DNA from: a virus
Lineage: Duplodnaviria; Caudoviricetes
IMG/VR virus record: IMGVR_UViG_3300020195_000033
Coordinates: 1-53,677 of that record
DNA: 53,677 bases
Direction: 5' to 3' (one strand)
Below are positions 17,527-26,099 of this stretch, in pieces (the stretch's first letter is position 1; each line of letters opens with the position of its first letter). The translations under genes and the position numbers were made by a program. The notes beneath the pieces are model-generated. The model had not been told where the DNA came from and ran no database searches. It saw only the letters and a program-made list of their open reading frames with translations.

Positions 17527-19745
17527 GGATTGGGGCGTTTGCGGGGCCGTTTCGCCATAAACGACTTCCAAGCCGCCGGGTCGTCGATCACGAGTTTCCC
17601 GCCCTCAGAGTGAGCGATGCCGACGAGCGACTTCCCGCTCATGTTCTCCGTCAGCGAGATACCGTCGAACAGCGGGACCATCTTCTCAAAGTTCCCAGCG
17701 ACCTGCGCGTGACCGTGACGAAGAACAGCCTGAGGAACAGTCCTTGATCGCGCCCGATTCCGACCGAGCGCGTCATTGACTGACGTGGTGACGTACACGC
17801 CTTCGGCCCGATAGCCGTGCGAACGGGCTTCAGCGACCTTCGATGCCACCGACCCGACGTTCCCGCCAACACCGTCGATCGTCACGTCGAACCGTTCACC
17901 GAGGCCGCGAGTCGCGATCTGCTTCGCTATGTACGAGGATTCTTCATGCGTGAAAGCGACACCCTTCTTGGGGTTGTACTCAGGCAGTTCCGCTTTGATC
18001 GCATCAGGGTCGACCTTGAGCCCGGTCGTTTTCAACACCGTCGATTTCCCTGACGCCGCGCCACCACCAAGCATCGTGAACGACGGCGGCGGTGAGTCTG
18101 AGACTCGACCTTGCGCGAGCGTATCCCCGATGATCCGTTCGTGTAGCGCGTGACGTTCAGCCGTGAACCGCGTCCCACCTTTGCCGTCCGATTCGAGATG
18201 CGCCATCGCTGAACCTTTGGCGAACGTGGCGAGCGTCTGATCGTCGAGCGTCGGACGGTTCTTGCGCGTGAACACCGGGGCAGTCGTCGAAACCTTCCCG
18301 CGCCCAGGGACACGGCGACCGCCCAAACCGAAACGGCCACCCGGCTGCCCCGTCGCCCCCGCGAGGAAGGCGGCGACAGCGGACTCGCCAGGATTCTGTG
18401 CAGCAGCGAGAAACGCTCGCGTAGCTGACGGCGCTACTTGAACGCTTGAACGCGCGAGTCGTTCAAGCAGCTCGCCACGCCAATCGAGCGGCTCCCAAGA
18501 CGTGACCAGCGCGTTAGCCGAAGCGGCCATCGCGAACTGCCGCCGCCCCGCCGTGTACGCCGAACGGAACCCTGGCGTGTTCACGACCTGCGCCGCGATC
18601 ATCCGATAGCGGCCCTCTTCCTCGATCCACCGCCAATCACCCGACAACGCAGCCTTCGAGATCACGAACCGGTCGCGCTCTGACAGACCAGGAACTAGAT
18701 CACCGGAAGCCCAAATGCCGTGCTCATCTTCGCGGTAGGTGACGACCGCAGCGGCGTACCCGGTGTCGGCATAATGCTGAACCGCCGCGGACACCGGCAG
18801 CCGAATGTCGGCGTGCGGTAACCCCATCGGGATGATTGCCTGCGAACCCGCAACATGCGCGTAGCGGTAGCCGTCACCGTCGACGGGCGGTTGCACACAT
18901 TTCCCGCGGCCTTCGCCGCCGTTCAAGATGCACGAACCCCACGGTGCGACCAGCGCATCAAACGACCCAAGGTGGCGGGCATCCAAGATGATGAGCGGGT
19001 GCGACGAGTCGACAAGCGGCGACCAACCGGCAGGCGCAGCGGTCAACGGCTTCTTCGCTCGCGTCACGTTCGGCTTGTCAGCCACCACTATCGCTGACCG
19101 ATCAAACACGACATAGTAAGACTCCGAACCGCCCACAACCCCAGCCGGAGGAATCCGCATAATCTGCGCGCCCGCGGTCATCGCCCGCAACCCTTGCTGG
19201 GCTTTGCTCTCAGGGGCATTCGGTGAGTAGTCCACGATCCGCGCATCACTCTTGATACCGATGGTAGTGACCAGCCCACCGGTGCCGCTTTCCGTAGACG
19301 GGAATCGCACCATCCGCCCATACGCGTCCGCTTCAGTCATCGACGGCGTTGTGTAAGTCCCATCACCGAACCGGCCTGAGCCAACCCAATGATCTCCGTG
19401 AACAAACTCGTCGTGAAACTCAAACGCTGACCCGGGCTGACCCGGCGAATCAGCATTCCCGCGATGCACGACGATCGCAATGTCACGTCGCGCTCGCACT
19501 TCGTCAGGAGTACCGACGACTTCAGGCTTCGACTTGTCAAACCCGAGTCGCTGATACGCCCACGCGGTCGGCTGCTTGCTCGGCGTGTCGGCATAGCGAG
19601 TGCCAGCGAAGTGCGCAGCAAGCCCAGCCTCATCCGGCATCTCATCGAGATTGAACCCGCGCCCCGGGTTACGCACACCGCCCTTACCGAACCGCCCACC
19701 AGGCTGCCCCGTCGCTCCCGCAAGGTACGCGAGAGTCGCGCTCAT
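17523..19745 (-). CDS. ART-like domain / capsid maturation protease / zeta-toxin-like kinase fusion
   Basis: ATGA coupling to the portal stop. VHRG..GRFGDGTYTT..A.AYG..YYVVFDRSAI (ART-like); APWGSCI..PP..EDEHGIWASG..LSGDWR..VNTPGF (actinophage prohead protease); MLGGGAASGKST..VDPDAIK..HEESS..IDG (zeta-toxin-like P-loop). Confidence 0.8.
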   Translation of the reverse strand: MSATLAYLAGATGQPGGRFGKGGVRNPGRGFNLDEMPDEAGLAAHFAGTRYADTPSKQPTAWAYQRLGFDKSKPEVVGTPDEVRARRDIAIVVHRGNADSPGQPGSAFEFHDEFVHGDHWVGSGRFGDGTYTTPSMTEADAYGRMVRFPSTESGTGGLVTTIGIKSDARIVDYSPNAPESKAQQGLRAMTAGAQIMRIPPAGVVGGSESYYVVFDRSAIVVADKPNVTRAKKPLTAAPAGWSPLVDSSHPLIILDARHLGSFDALVAPWGSCILNGGEGRGKCVQPPVDGDGYRYAHVAGSQAIIPMGLPHADIRLPVSAAVQHYADTGYAAAVVTYREDEHGIWASGDLVPGLSERDRFVISKAALSGDWRWIEEEGRYRMIAAQVVNTPGFRSAYTAGRRQFAMAASANALVTSWEPLDWRGELLERLARSSVQVAPSATRAFLAAAQNPGESAVAAFLAGATGQPGGRFGLGGRRVPGRGKVSTTAPVFTRKNRPTLDDQTLATFAKGSAMAHLESDGKGGTRFTAERHALHERIIGDTLAQGRVSDSPPPSFTMLGGGAASGKSTVLKTTGLKVDPDAIKAELPEYNPKKGVAFTHEESSYIAKQIATRGLGERFDVTIDGVGGNVGSVASKVAEARSHGYRAEGVYVTTSVNDALGRNRARSRTVPQAVLRHGHAQVAGNFEKMVPLFDGISLTENMSGKSLVGIAHSEGGKLVIDDPAAWKSFMAKRPRKRPNP

Positions 19746-22699
19746 GCCAAGCCGAGAGTGATCGCACACGTACAGTTATGAACTACGATGGATTCGGCCA
19801 GATACCATCCAGTCACCGTTTGGAGATTGTAGACATGCCCCGCAAACCACCGCCGATTGACCTTGACGATCTGATCGAACGCTACGCAACCGGCGAGTCC
19901 CTCAAGACTCTCTCCCAAACGCTCAGCATCGACCGAACCACGCTCACCCGCAGACTCCGTGCTAACGGAGTCAGAATCAGAACTATCACCGAGCAGACCA
20001 TGATCTTCGCCGCTGCTCAGACTCCCGAGTACAGAGCCGCCAGAGCTGTCAACGCTCACGCCGCCAAACGTGGCGTTCCGAACTCTCCCGAGCACCTTGC
20101 CCGAGCTGCTATCGCTCGGCAGGCCAACCCGCGATGCAGCGCCAACGAAGTCAGACTCGCTGGCTGGCTCGCTGAACGCGGAATCGTCACTGTCCCGCAA
20201 GTAGCGGTCGGCCCATACAGTTGCGACCTCGCTGCCCACCCCGTCGCCGTGGAAGTCTTTGGTGGCAACTGGCACGCTACGGGACACCACGCCCGCCGAT
20301 TCTCCGAACGCACGCGTTACTTCCTCGATCACGGTTGGGCTTTGGTAATCGCCTGGGATCAGACCCGCGACCCGCTCAGCGTCCACGCAGCGGACTACAT
20401 CGCTGCCTTCGTCGAGCAAGCCCGCAGCGACCCATCCGTGGTCGGTGAGTATCGGATGATTCGGGGTTGCGGTGAGGAACTGTCCCGAGGCCGTGGTCAA
20501 CTCGATGACATCCCCCTCGTAATATCGCAGCGTCGCCCCCCGAGGCCCCGGTCCTGACACCACAGTCGAGCCGATGAAACAGTTGTAGTGATCGCCAGGG
20601 TATTGGGAACCGAACTCGTCGAACGACGACGCTGTGTACCCGTTGAACGACAGATGCACCGCGTCAGGCACCTTCGGAGTCCGGTAGTAGCCGTGTCGCC
20701 ATGTGTACGTCAATGCAGGGCTACCAACGCTGTCGACGATCGAGTCGCGCGTCATCGGCCCACCAGCGGCACCGGCCTGGATTGTCGCCTCCAAGTCTTG
20801 CCCGCCAGTCACAGAGAGAGCGCGACGGACGACCCCCGTTGGTAGCTCAGCTTCGGCGTTGGTCTGATGCCCGCCTGAGCCGACACGAAACCGGGTGTAA
20901 TCACGCATCGAGTCAGCGAGAGCCTGCCCGCCAGCCCGATACCGGTACTTGGGTGCGAACCCGCCGACCGCGGCCAGCAGAGCAACAGTGAACGCTCCAA
21001 GGGCGTGTTTCAAGTCCTGCTCAGCCTGCGTCGCGAGCGCCTTGTAATCGTCGTCAGTCACCAGCATTTCAGGGGTGATCCCGTACGCGGCAATGTCAGC
21101 CTCGGTGACAAGCGCAAGTTTCTCGGTCGACGTGTCGACAGTCGCCAGCCGTTTCTTCAAGTCTGACCCTGACGGCGCGATACGTGCGAGCCTGCGCGCC
21201 GCGTTGTCGATCGTCGCCGCGTATGCCATCCCCGCAGCCGCGGTCAACGCTACGACGAGCATGTGATCGACCTGAGATGCTTCCTCTAAGAGACGCTCAA
21301 TCGGTGTCTGACGTGGCGCTGCGGTGAGCTGTCGCGGTCCTGCTGTCACCGCGGCCGCGACGCCGACCGGCTCTGTGACAGCAGGACGCGCGCCCGCGTC
21401 AGCAGCCGGGGCTGCCGCGTCGGCTTTGAGTCCAAAGGCCATAGCCCACAGATCAAACTCTGACATACCCTCAGGAAGCGGGATCGGGTCCGCGTCGACA
21501 GCCTCAGCGACAGCTTGACGAGTAGCCGCGCCGACTTTATACGCCTCCATCAGATGCGCAGAGTTATCGACCTTCGAGCGAATCCGGTCAAGATCAGGAC
21601 CGATCGTGAACTGGCCTCTCGGCACTTCCCCAGTGATCGTCGTGTAAGCGTCCGTGAACACCTTGCGCATGACGACCCGCCAGATATCCGTAAGCATCAG
21701 AGTCGCAGTCGGTTCCACCGCGTCAGTAATCAGCGCTTCGAGAACGAACGCCTCATTCTCGAACTTCGCGACTCCCGGGCCGGAATGAATGTACTGCAAC
21801 GGGGTGCGAACCGATCGGGCGAACGCGTAGATCGCTGAATCCTCGAGAGTTTGCGACTGCGGGTCAGACACGCGCCCTAGATCGACCGTTTCGAGTTTGT
21901 CGCCCAGCATCGGGAACGGCACCGAGTCAACGCCGCGCCGCTTGTCGTGATAGCGGCGGGTGTCAGCTTTCTGAGCGAGCTTCAAGTAGTCAACGAACGC
22001 GTCAGGCATCCCGTTATACGGCGAACCGTCCTCGTCCTGGTAGACCTCTGTGCCCTGCCCGAATAGCAGAATCTTGTTTCGCACCAGCGGCGAAGTCGTA
22101 TCCGAATCTTGCCGAAGCTTCACATTGACGTACTCGCGAATGTGCGGCAACGCCCGCTTCAGATCGCAAGTCGGCTCACGCGGATCGCGGTCAAGCGGCT
22201 CCCAAGAACGCCACACCCGCTGGCCTTCGACCGGGACTTCGACCCATTTCTCAGTCATAGGGTCGCGGAACTTCACGATACGGTTTTCCCACTTCAGCTC
22301 GTCGCGGTGAGCGACAACGTAACGCCCATCGTCGAGACGCAGAATGAACGCCTCCCCATGCTTCAGCAGCAACCGAGAGTGACGATTCAGCAGCCCAGTC
22401 GTATCGCTGTACGGGCCGCGCCACGTTCGCCACACCCCAGCGAAAATCGACTGCGCTCTCTCGTCTGAGGAAACACGATCGCCGTCGTACAGCACAGCGC
22501 CACACGCGGCCACCTTCGCCGCCAGCAGATCGAGATACGAACCGACGAACCCTGGCCCCCACTCGTCGTACATATCCACTTCGGTCTGCCACGGAGCAAG
22601 AGCCGTCGCACGGTTCTGAGCGTTGTTCAAGTGCGCGCGAGAAACAGGCCCAGCCGCCGCTGTGATCGCTTGAGGCTGCTTAGCGCGCCATAGGCCCAA
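19742..22699 (-). CDS. portal protein fused to a MuF-like domain, interrupted by an intein
   Basis: Head-module position; LKHGEAFIL and VWRSWEP portal motifs; C-terminal YTWRHG...H...G...PGDHYN|CTC. TTG start after an AGAAGGA SD. Confidence 0.85.
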   Translation of the reverse strand: MGLWRAKQPQAITAAAGPVSRAHLNNAQNRATALAPWQTEVDMYDEWGPGFVGSYLDLLAAKVAACGAVLYDGDRVSSDERAQSIFAGVWRTWRGPYSDTTGLLNRHSRLLLKHGEAFILRLDDGRYVVAHRDELKWENRIVKFRDPMTEKWVEVPVEGQRVWRSWEPLDRDPREPTCDLKRALPHIREYVNVKLRQDSDTTSPLVRNKILLFGQGTEVYQDEDGSPYNGMPDAFVDYLKLAQKADTRRYHDKRRGVDSVPFPMLGDKLETVDLGRVSDPQSQTLEDSAIYAFARSVRTPLQYIHSGPGVAKFENEAFVLEALITDAVEPTATLMLTDIWRVVMRKVFTDAYTTITGEVPRGQFTIGPDLDRIRSKVDNSAHLMEAYKVGAATRQAVAEAVDADPIPLPEGMSEFDLWAMAFGLKADAAAPAADAGARPAVTEPVGVAAAVTAGPRQLTAAPRQTPIERLLEEASQVDHMLVVALTAAAGMAYAATIDNAARRLARIAPSGSDLKKRLATVDTSTEKLALVTEADIAAYGITPEMLVTDDDYKALATQAEQDLKHALGAFTVALLAAVGGFAPKYRYRAGGQALADSMRDYTRFRVGSGGHQTNAEAELPTGVVRRALSVTGGQDLEATIQAGAAGGPMTRDSIVDSVGSPALTYTWRHGYYRTPKVPDAVHLSFNGYTASSFDEFGSQYPGDHYNCFIGSTVVSGPGPRGATLRYYEGDVIELTTASGQFLTATPNHPILTDHGWVAAGLLDEGSDVVRCVDAERVAGLIPGDYQSPTVIEEVTRAFGESAGVVSRSVPVATKDFHGDGVGSEVATVWADRYLRDSDDSAFSEPASESDFVGAASRVGLPSDSSSGKVLGRVRNATFGGVSVDSSGGSVLGSLSSGEDHGLLGDSSDSDSVSTESAGERGSVDAERLGESLEGLAGCVAFDQIVKVNRRWFAGHVYNLQTVTGWYLAESIVVHNCTCAITLGLA
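19775..20581 (-). mobile_element. 269-aa class 1 intein with no sense-strand endonuclease
   Basis: Block A CFIGSTVV; block B LTATPNHPILT..GW; block F GHVYNLQT; block G IVVHN followed by Cys+1. Confidence 0.93.
19835..20557 (+). CDS. antisense endonuclease inside the intein: HTH + NUMOD3-like + Vsr/DUF559-like (EDxHD-type) nuclease
   Basis: GGAG SD at 19822-19825 before ATG 19835. HTH LIERYATGESLKTLSQTLSIDRTTLTRRLRANGV; KRGVPNSPEHLAR; SANEVRLAGWL..G....Q..VGPYSCDL....VAVEVFGGNWH...GW. Confidence 0.82.
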   Translation: MPRKPPPIDLDDLIERYATGESLKTLSQTLSIDRTTLTRRLRANGVRIRTITEQTMIFAAAQTPEYRAARAVNAHAAKRGVPNSPEHLARAAIARQANPRCSANEVRLAGWLAERGIVTVPQVAVGPYSCDLAAHPVAVEVFGGNWHATGHHARRFSERTRYFLDHGWALVIAWDQTRDPLSVHAADYIAAFVEQARSDPSVVGEYRMIRGCGEELSRGRGQLDDIPLVISQRRPPRPRS

Positions 22700-22865
22700 C
22701 TCGGTTGTCCTTCTCGTCACGTCCCTAAGCGGTTGCGCGCAGGCTATCAGCCGACGCGGGCGCGAACATGGACGTGACGCGCAACCGCCCCGACGCTGGC
22801 TCGTGAGAGCGATGGGATCGGGGCGGTCTTGCATGACAACTTCACTGAAGTCGTTAGCAGCAACT

Positions 22866-23204
22866 CTACCGTTGTGGCGGGAAACTCACACCATCAGGCA
22901 AGTCTCGCTGGGCAGCTTCGTTGAGCCACCGCAACAGTCCGTACCCGACGATCCTCGCGGCCATGACGACAGCGATACCACGACCGACTTCAGTATCCCG
23001 CGAGAGATACAGCGCGAGTGAAGCCCACATGGGGAAGCACATAGCGCAGCCGATGACGTACTGCAAATGGTACGGGAGCCAGCCGCCCGCCTTTGAGAGT
23101 GTCTTGAAGTAGCGGTATCGCCACCATTGCGTGATCCGGTCTGAGATAGCGAGCTTCCAGATCGACGCCGCCGCCAGCCCGATAACGAGGACTTGTTCTA
23201 TCAC
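22866..23204 (-). CDS. DUF1360-like membrane protein
   Basis: KLAISDRITQWWR...IGCAMCFPMW motif; usual position upstream of portal. Confidence 0.7.
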   Translation of the reverse strand: MIEQVLVIGLAAASIWKLAISDRITQWWRYRYFKTLSKAGGWLPYHLQYVIGCAMCFPMWASLALYLSRDTEVGRGIAVVMAARIVGYGLLRWLNEAAQRDLPDGVSFPPQR

Positions 23205-23392
23205 GACGGCTCAGTCGCGACAACGAGTGGTAGCTCGCGAATCCGTGCGAGCGCGTCGTCAACGCACAAGCTGGCTTCAGTCGAGTCGAACACCCCTGTC
23301 GGCTTTGGCTCCCAGCACACGCTGGCAGCCCCGGCTAGTTGGCCGACGACTTCTTCGATTGTCGATGCGTCTGCGAATCGGTTGGTGGTCAT
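23201..23392 (-). CDS. conserved small phage protein
   Basis: GAASVCW..PTGVFDS motif; GAAGGAG SD. Confidence 0.65.
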   Translation of the reverse strand: MTTNRFADASTIEEVVGQLAGAASVCWEPKPTGVFDSTEASLCVDDALARIRELPLVVATEPS

Positions 23393-23433
23393 TGATTGCT
23401 CCTTCGTCGTGTGGGTGTTATCGCAATGCTATC

Positions 23434-24291
23434 TCAGGCGGCGACAGCGAGCGGCACAGCGCGCTCGACGAGCCATGTCGTGGCCTTCTGAGCAGCCTGC
23501 GCCGCGGTCAGCAGCAGCGACGGATCGGCTTTCAAGACTGCGGCCCAATGTTTGATGTAGCGGGCGTGGTCGTCACGCTGCGGTAGCTCCCCGAAGTTGA
23601 ATGTCGCCGCGGTCAGCGACGCGCTGATCTCTGCGACCAGTTCCTCGGCAGCGTAGCTGTCAGACCCGAATCGCCCGGTTAGATCACGCTTCAGTCGTGA
23701 CTCATGGCCCGACCAATGAGCCAGTTCGTGAGCGACAGTTCCTACGAAACCCTCAGATGAGTGGAAGTTCTCGCGATCAGGCCAGCACACGGTGTCAGTC
23801 GCCGGTCGATAGCAAGGGCGGTCGACAGCGTACTTGAAGCTGAGATTTGCGATCGCTGCAACGAACCGGGTTTCGGCTTCAGTCACTTCGATCGGAGTCG
23901 CCGGGGTTGCTTCCCATCCGTCCTGTTGCGCCGCGTTGAACACGGTGAAACCGACCGGGATGAGTCCACCCTTCGACTTCACGCCGTCGACAGCTTCCGA
24001 CTTCGCAACCTCGACCCACTTGACCCCGCTCGTCCCGCGCTCACCCTTTCGGACTTGACCGCCGATCGCTGACCATTGCTTGTACGTCGCCCAGCGAGCT
24101 GTCGGATACTCATGCTCGATCTGACTCGCCCACAAGAGCAGAACGTTCACCCCGCGGTACGAGTTTCCGGTGCTCGCGTTTGTCGGGATCGACCCGCCGC
24201 CCGTCCAGCATGGCTTCCACGTTCCAGTCACGGTGTCGAGCGACCCGATCAGCGAGTCGACGAGCGCCTCAAGCGTGTCTTTCACCCTCAT
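23434..24291 (-). CDS. ardC: ArdC-family anti-restriction ssDNA-binding protein with zincin-like domain
   Basis: YRGVNVLLL, WATYKQW..GGQVRKGE, FTVFN, HELAHWSGHESRL, FGSDSYAAEELVAE. Confidence 0.9.
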   Translation of the reverse strand: MRVKDTLEALVDSLIGSLDTVTGTWKPCWTGGGSIPTNASTGNSYRGVNVLLLWASQIEHEYPTARWATYKQWSAIGGQVRKGERGTSGVKWVEVAKSEAVDGVKSKGGLIPVGFTVFNAAQQDGWEATPATPIEVTEAETRFVAAIANLSFKYAVDRPCYRPATDTVCWPDRENFHSSEGFVGTVAHELAHWSGHESRLKRDLTGRFGSDSYAAEELVAEISASLTAATFNFGELPQRDDHARYIKHWAAVLKADPSLLLTAAQAAQKATTWLVERAVPLAVAA

Positions 24292-24506
24292 GCGGGCGAC
24301 ACCGCCAGCAGGAAGATTCCGAATGGGGTGCAGTTCCTCACGACGTTGACAAGCGCGTCGTCGGGCAGTCCCGCGGTCGCTTCCGCGTCGCGTGTCGTCC
24401 AGATGACTTGGCGGGCCTTCACCGCGCCGAGTTTCTCGACGGTCACTGAATAGGTTGAATCGGCTGGCGGAAGCGTCAGCGTCTTGGGCTTCTTAGTCGT
24501 TGTCAT
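24288..24506 (-). CDS. hypothetical protein (leaderless)
   Basis: ATG 7 nt after a TACAAT -10; ATGA coupling to ardC. Confidence 0.6.
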   Translation of the reverse strand: MTTTKKPKTLTLPPADSTYSVTVEKLGAVKARQVIWTTRDAEATAGLPDDALVNVVRNCTPFGIFLLAVSPA

Positions 24507-24555
24507 ACTGGTGATTGTACCACCGAATCACCCCCGTTACAACGCTAGTTGTAAC
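24507..24555 (-). promoter_or_regulatory. sigmaA-type leaderless promoter with palindromic operator
   Basis: TTGTAA-17-TACAAT-7-ATG; GTTACAAC-N4-GTTGTAAC at 24536-24555 covers the -35. Confidence 0.8.
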
Positions 24556-24695
24556 GTCTGATTGGGGACGAGTATGAAAGTTCATATCAGCAAATGCAAG
24601 AGTGCTAGCTGACACTTAGACCTCGCTGAGCGTCGATCTCAGCCGGGTCTACGCCCGTTAGCCGGTGACAAGCGCCCAAGACGCTGAACGGCGTG

Positions 24696-26099
24696 CTAGA
24701 GAGCGCTGAGCGAGCCTGCACGACTGATACCAGTGCCGCCAGCCTTGATCCCGAGGCCGTGTAACACCCAAACGAGCGCGTCGAGCCGGTCAGGTGAACC
24801 GTCGCCCGCCTTCTCCTCACCAAACACCCAGGAAGTCATCATTTCTTCAAGCAGATCGAGTCCCTTGACGTGCCAGATACGAAACGGAGGATTCGGTGCT
24901 GCCGCCCGTTCGTAGGCTGTCGCCGCCGGGATCGTCCGCTGCTCCTTCGACTTCGACGCGCTCACCGGGGACAGCCGAACGTCAGTGTGATCGCCACCGC
25001 CCGCTTCTTTCCACACTGACAGCCAAGTGTCCTTGCCTTGATTGTCCTCGATCACGACAGTACGCGCCCCGTACTTCACCGCGGCGGCGAGACAGATGCG
25101 CGCAGCCCCGACCGGGGAAGTCTTGCAAGTCAGATCGTCGATCACGAACACGTCACCGTTCGCTGTCTTGCCAGCCACGACGATGCCGTGAGCGTCAGAC
25201 TTGTCTTTCGACGTGACCGCCGGGTCCCAGCCGATCACGACTTTCGTGAACACAGCCGGGAGCGCGTTCTGAACGATCCACTCTGTACGCCACTGCGCTC
25301 CCTCAACGTCATCCAACTCGCGACCATGAATCTCCTGCAAACCGAGCCGAGTCCCTTCGTACCGGTCAAGGACAAGACGAACGAACGACGGCGCAAGATT
25401 CGAGATGTTCTCATACGTCGACCCCTCCGTGAGTACCGTCCGCGTGTCGCGCGCTAGGACACGCAGCCAACGCCTACGCTTCGGTGTGCCAGTCAGGATC
25501 GCTTTCGGATTCCCCAACCGGTTGCCGAGCATCGCGTTGTTCCACGCATCCTCACCGTAGGACCAACTTGACGGCTCATCCCCAGCGACAAGATCAGACT
25601 GCAACCCGCGCAGCGCGTCAGGGTCCTCGCCGGAACGTATGTGACCGATCGCCCCGTTCGGCCACGTCAACAACCGCTTCGACGGCTCATACAACGGACG
25701 CGACTCCGGCGGATGAACAGCGAGCAGCCCGGAGAGCGGACCTTCGATCATCACGTCGCGCGCTTCAGCCGCGGTCGGCCCGATGAACGTCACCGCTTTC
25801 GACAACCCGCGCGACACCCGGTTCCGAACGGTCTCCGACAACGTTCTCGACTTCCCAGCCCCTCGACCTGCACGAATATACCAAGTGTCCCAATCATCAT
25901 GATCGGGTGGTAGCTGCGACGGGCGCGCCCATAGCGACTCCCAAGAGTACGGAAGCACGTCAGCGCGTTCATGCGCAGTGAACGTGTCAATGAACGCCGC
26001 TACAGCTTCAGCGTGATCTTCCGGTGAGATCAGCGCCAGCAGACTGCGCTCGATAGGCGAGAACGTCGCCGGGTCCCTCGTCAGCACCGTGTCGGTCAC
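24696..26099 (-). CDS. terL: terminase large subunit
   Basis: AGRGAGKS Walker A; LRGLQ..GDE Walker B; TGTP; STYEN..NL; IGWDPA; SPDRLDALVW. Confidence 0.95.
   Translation of the reverse strand: MTDTVLTRDPATFSPIERSLLALISPEDHAEAVAAFIDTFTAHERADVLPYSWESLWARPSQLPPDHDDWDTWYIRAGRGAGKSRTLSETVRNRVSRGLSKAVTFIGPTAAEARDVMIEGPLSGLLAVHPPESRPLYEPSKRLLTWPNGAIGHIRSGEDPDALRGLQSDLVAGDEPSSWSYGEDAWNNAMLGNRLGNPKAILTGTPKRRRWLRVLARDTRTVLTEGSTYENISNLAPSFVRLVLDRYEGTRLGLQEIHGRELDDVEGAQWRTEWIVQNALPAVFTKVVIGWDPAVTSKDKSDAHGIVVAGKTANGDVFVIDDLTCKTSPVGAARICLAAAVKYGARTVVIEDNQGKDTWLSVWKEAGGGDHTDVRLSPVSASKSKEQRTIPAATAYERAAAPNPPFRIWHVKGLDLLEEMMTSWVFGEEKAGDGSPDRLDALVWVLHGLGIKAGGTGISRAGSLSAL

Noticed and set aside
19778-19834. Upstream ATG 19778 as the start of the antisense nuclease
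   Set aside because: No SD there, whereas ATG 19835 has GGAG and begins just before the HTH; cannot be fully excluded.
22700-22834. N-terminal 45 aa of the portal ORF in the track
   Set aside because: Composition looks non-coding; TTG 22699 has an AGAAGGA SD.
24696-26099. Intein in the terminase
   Set aside because: Normal length with contiguous motifs; no Hint blocks.
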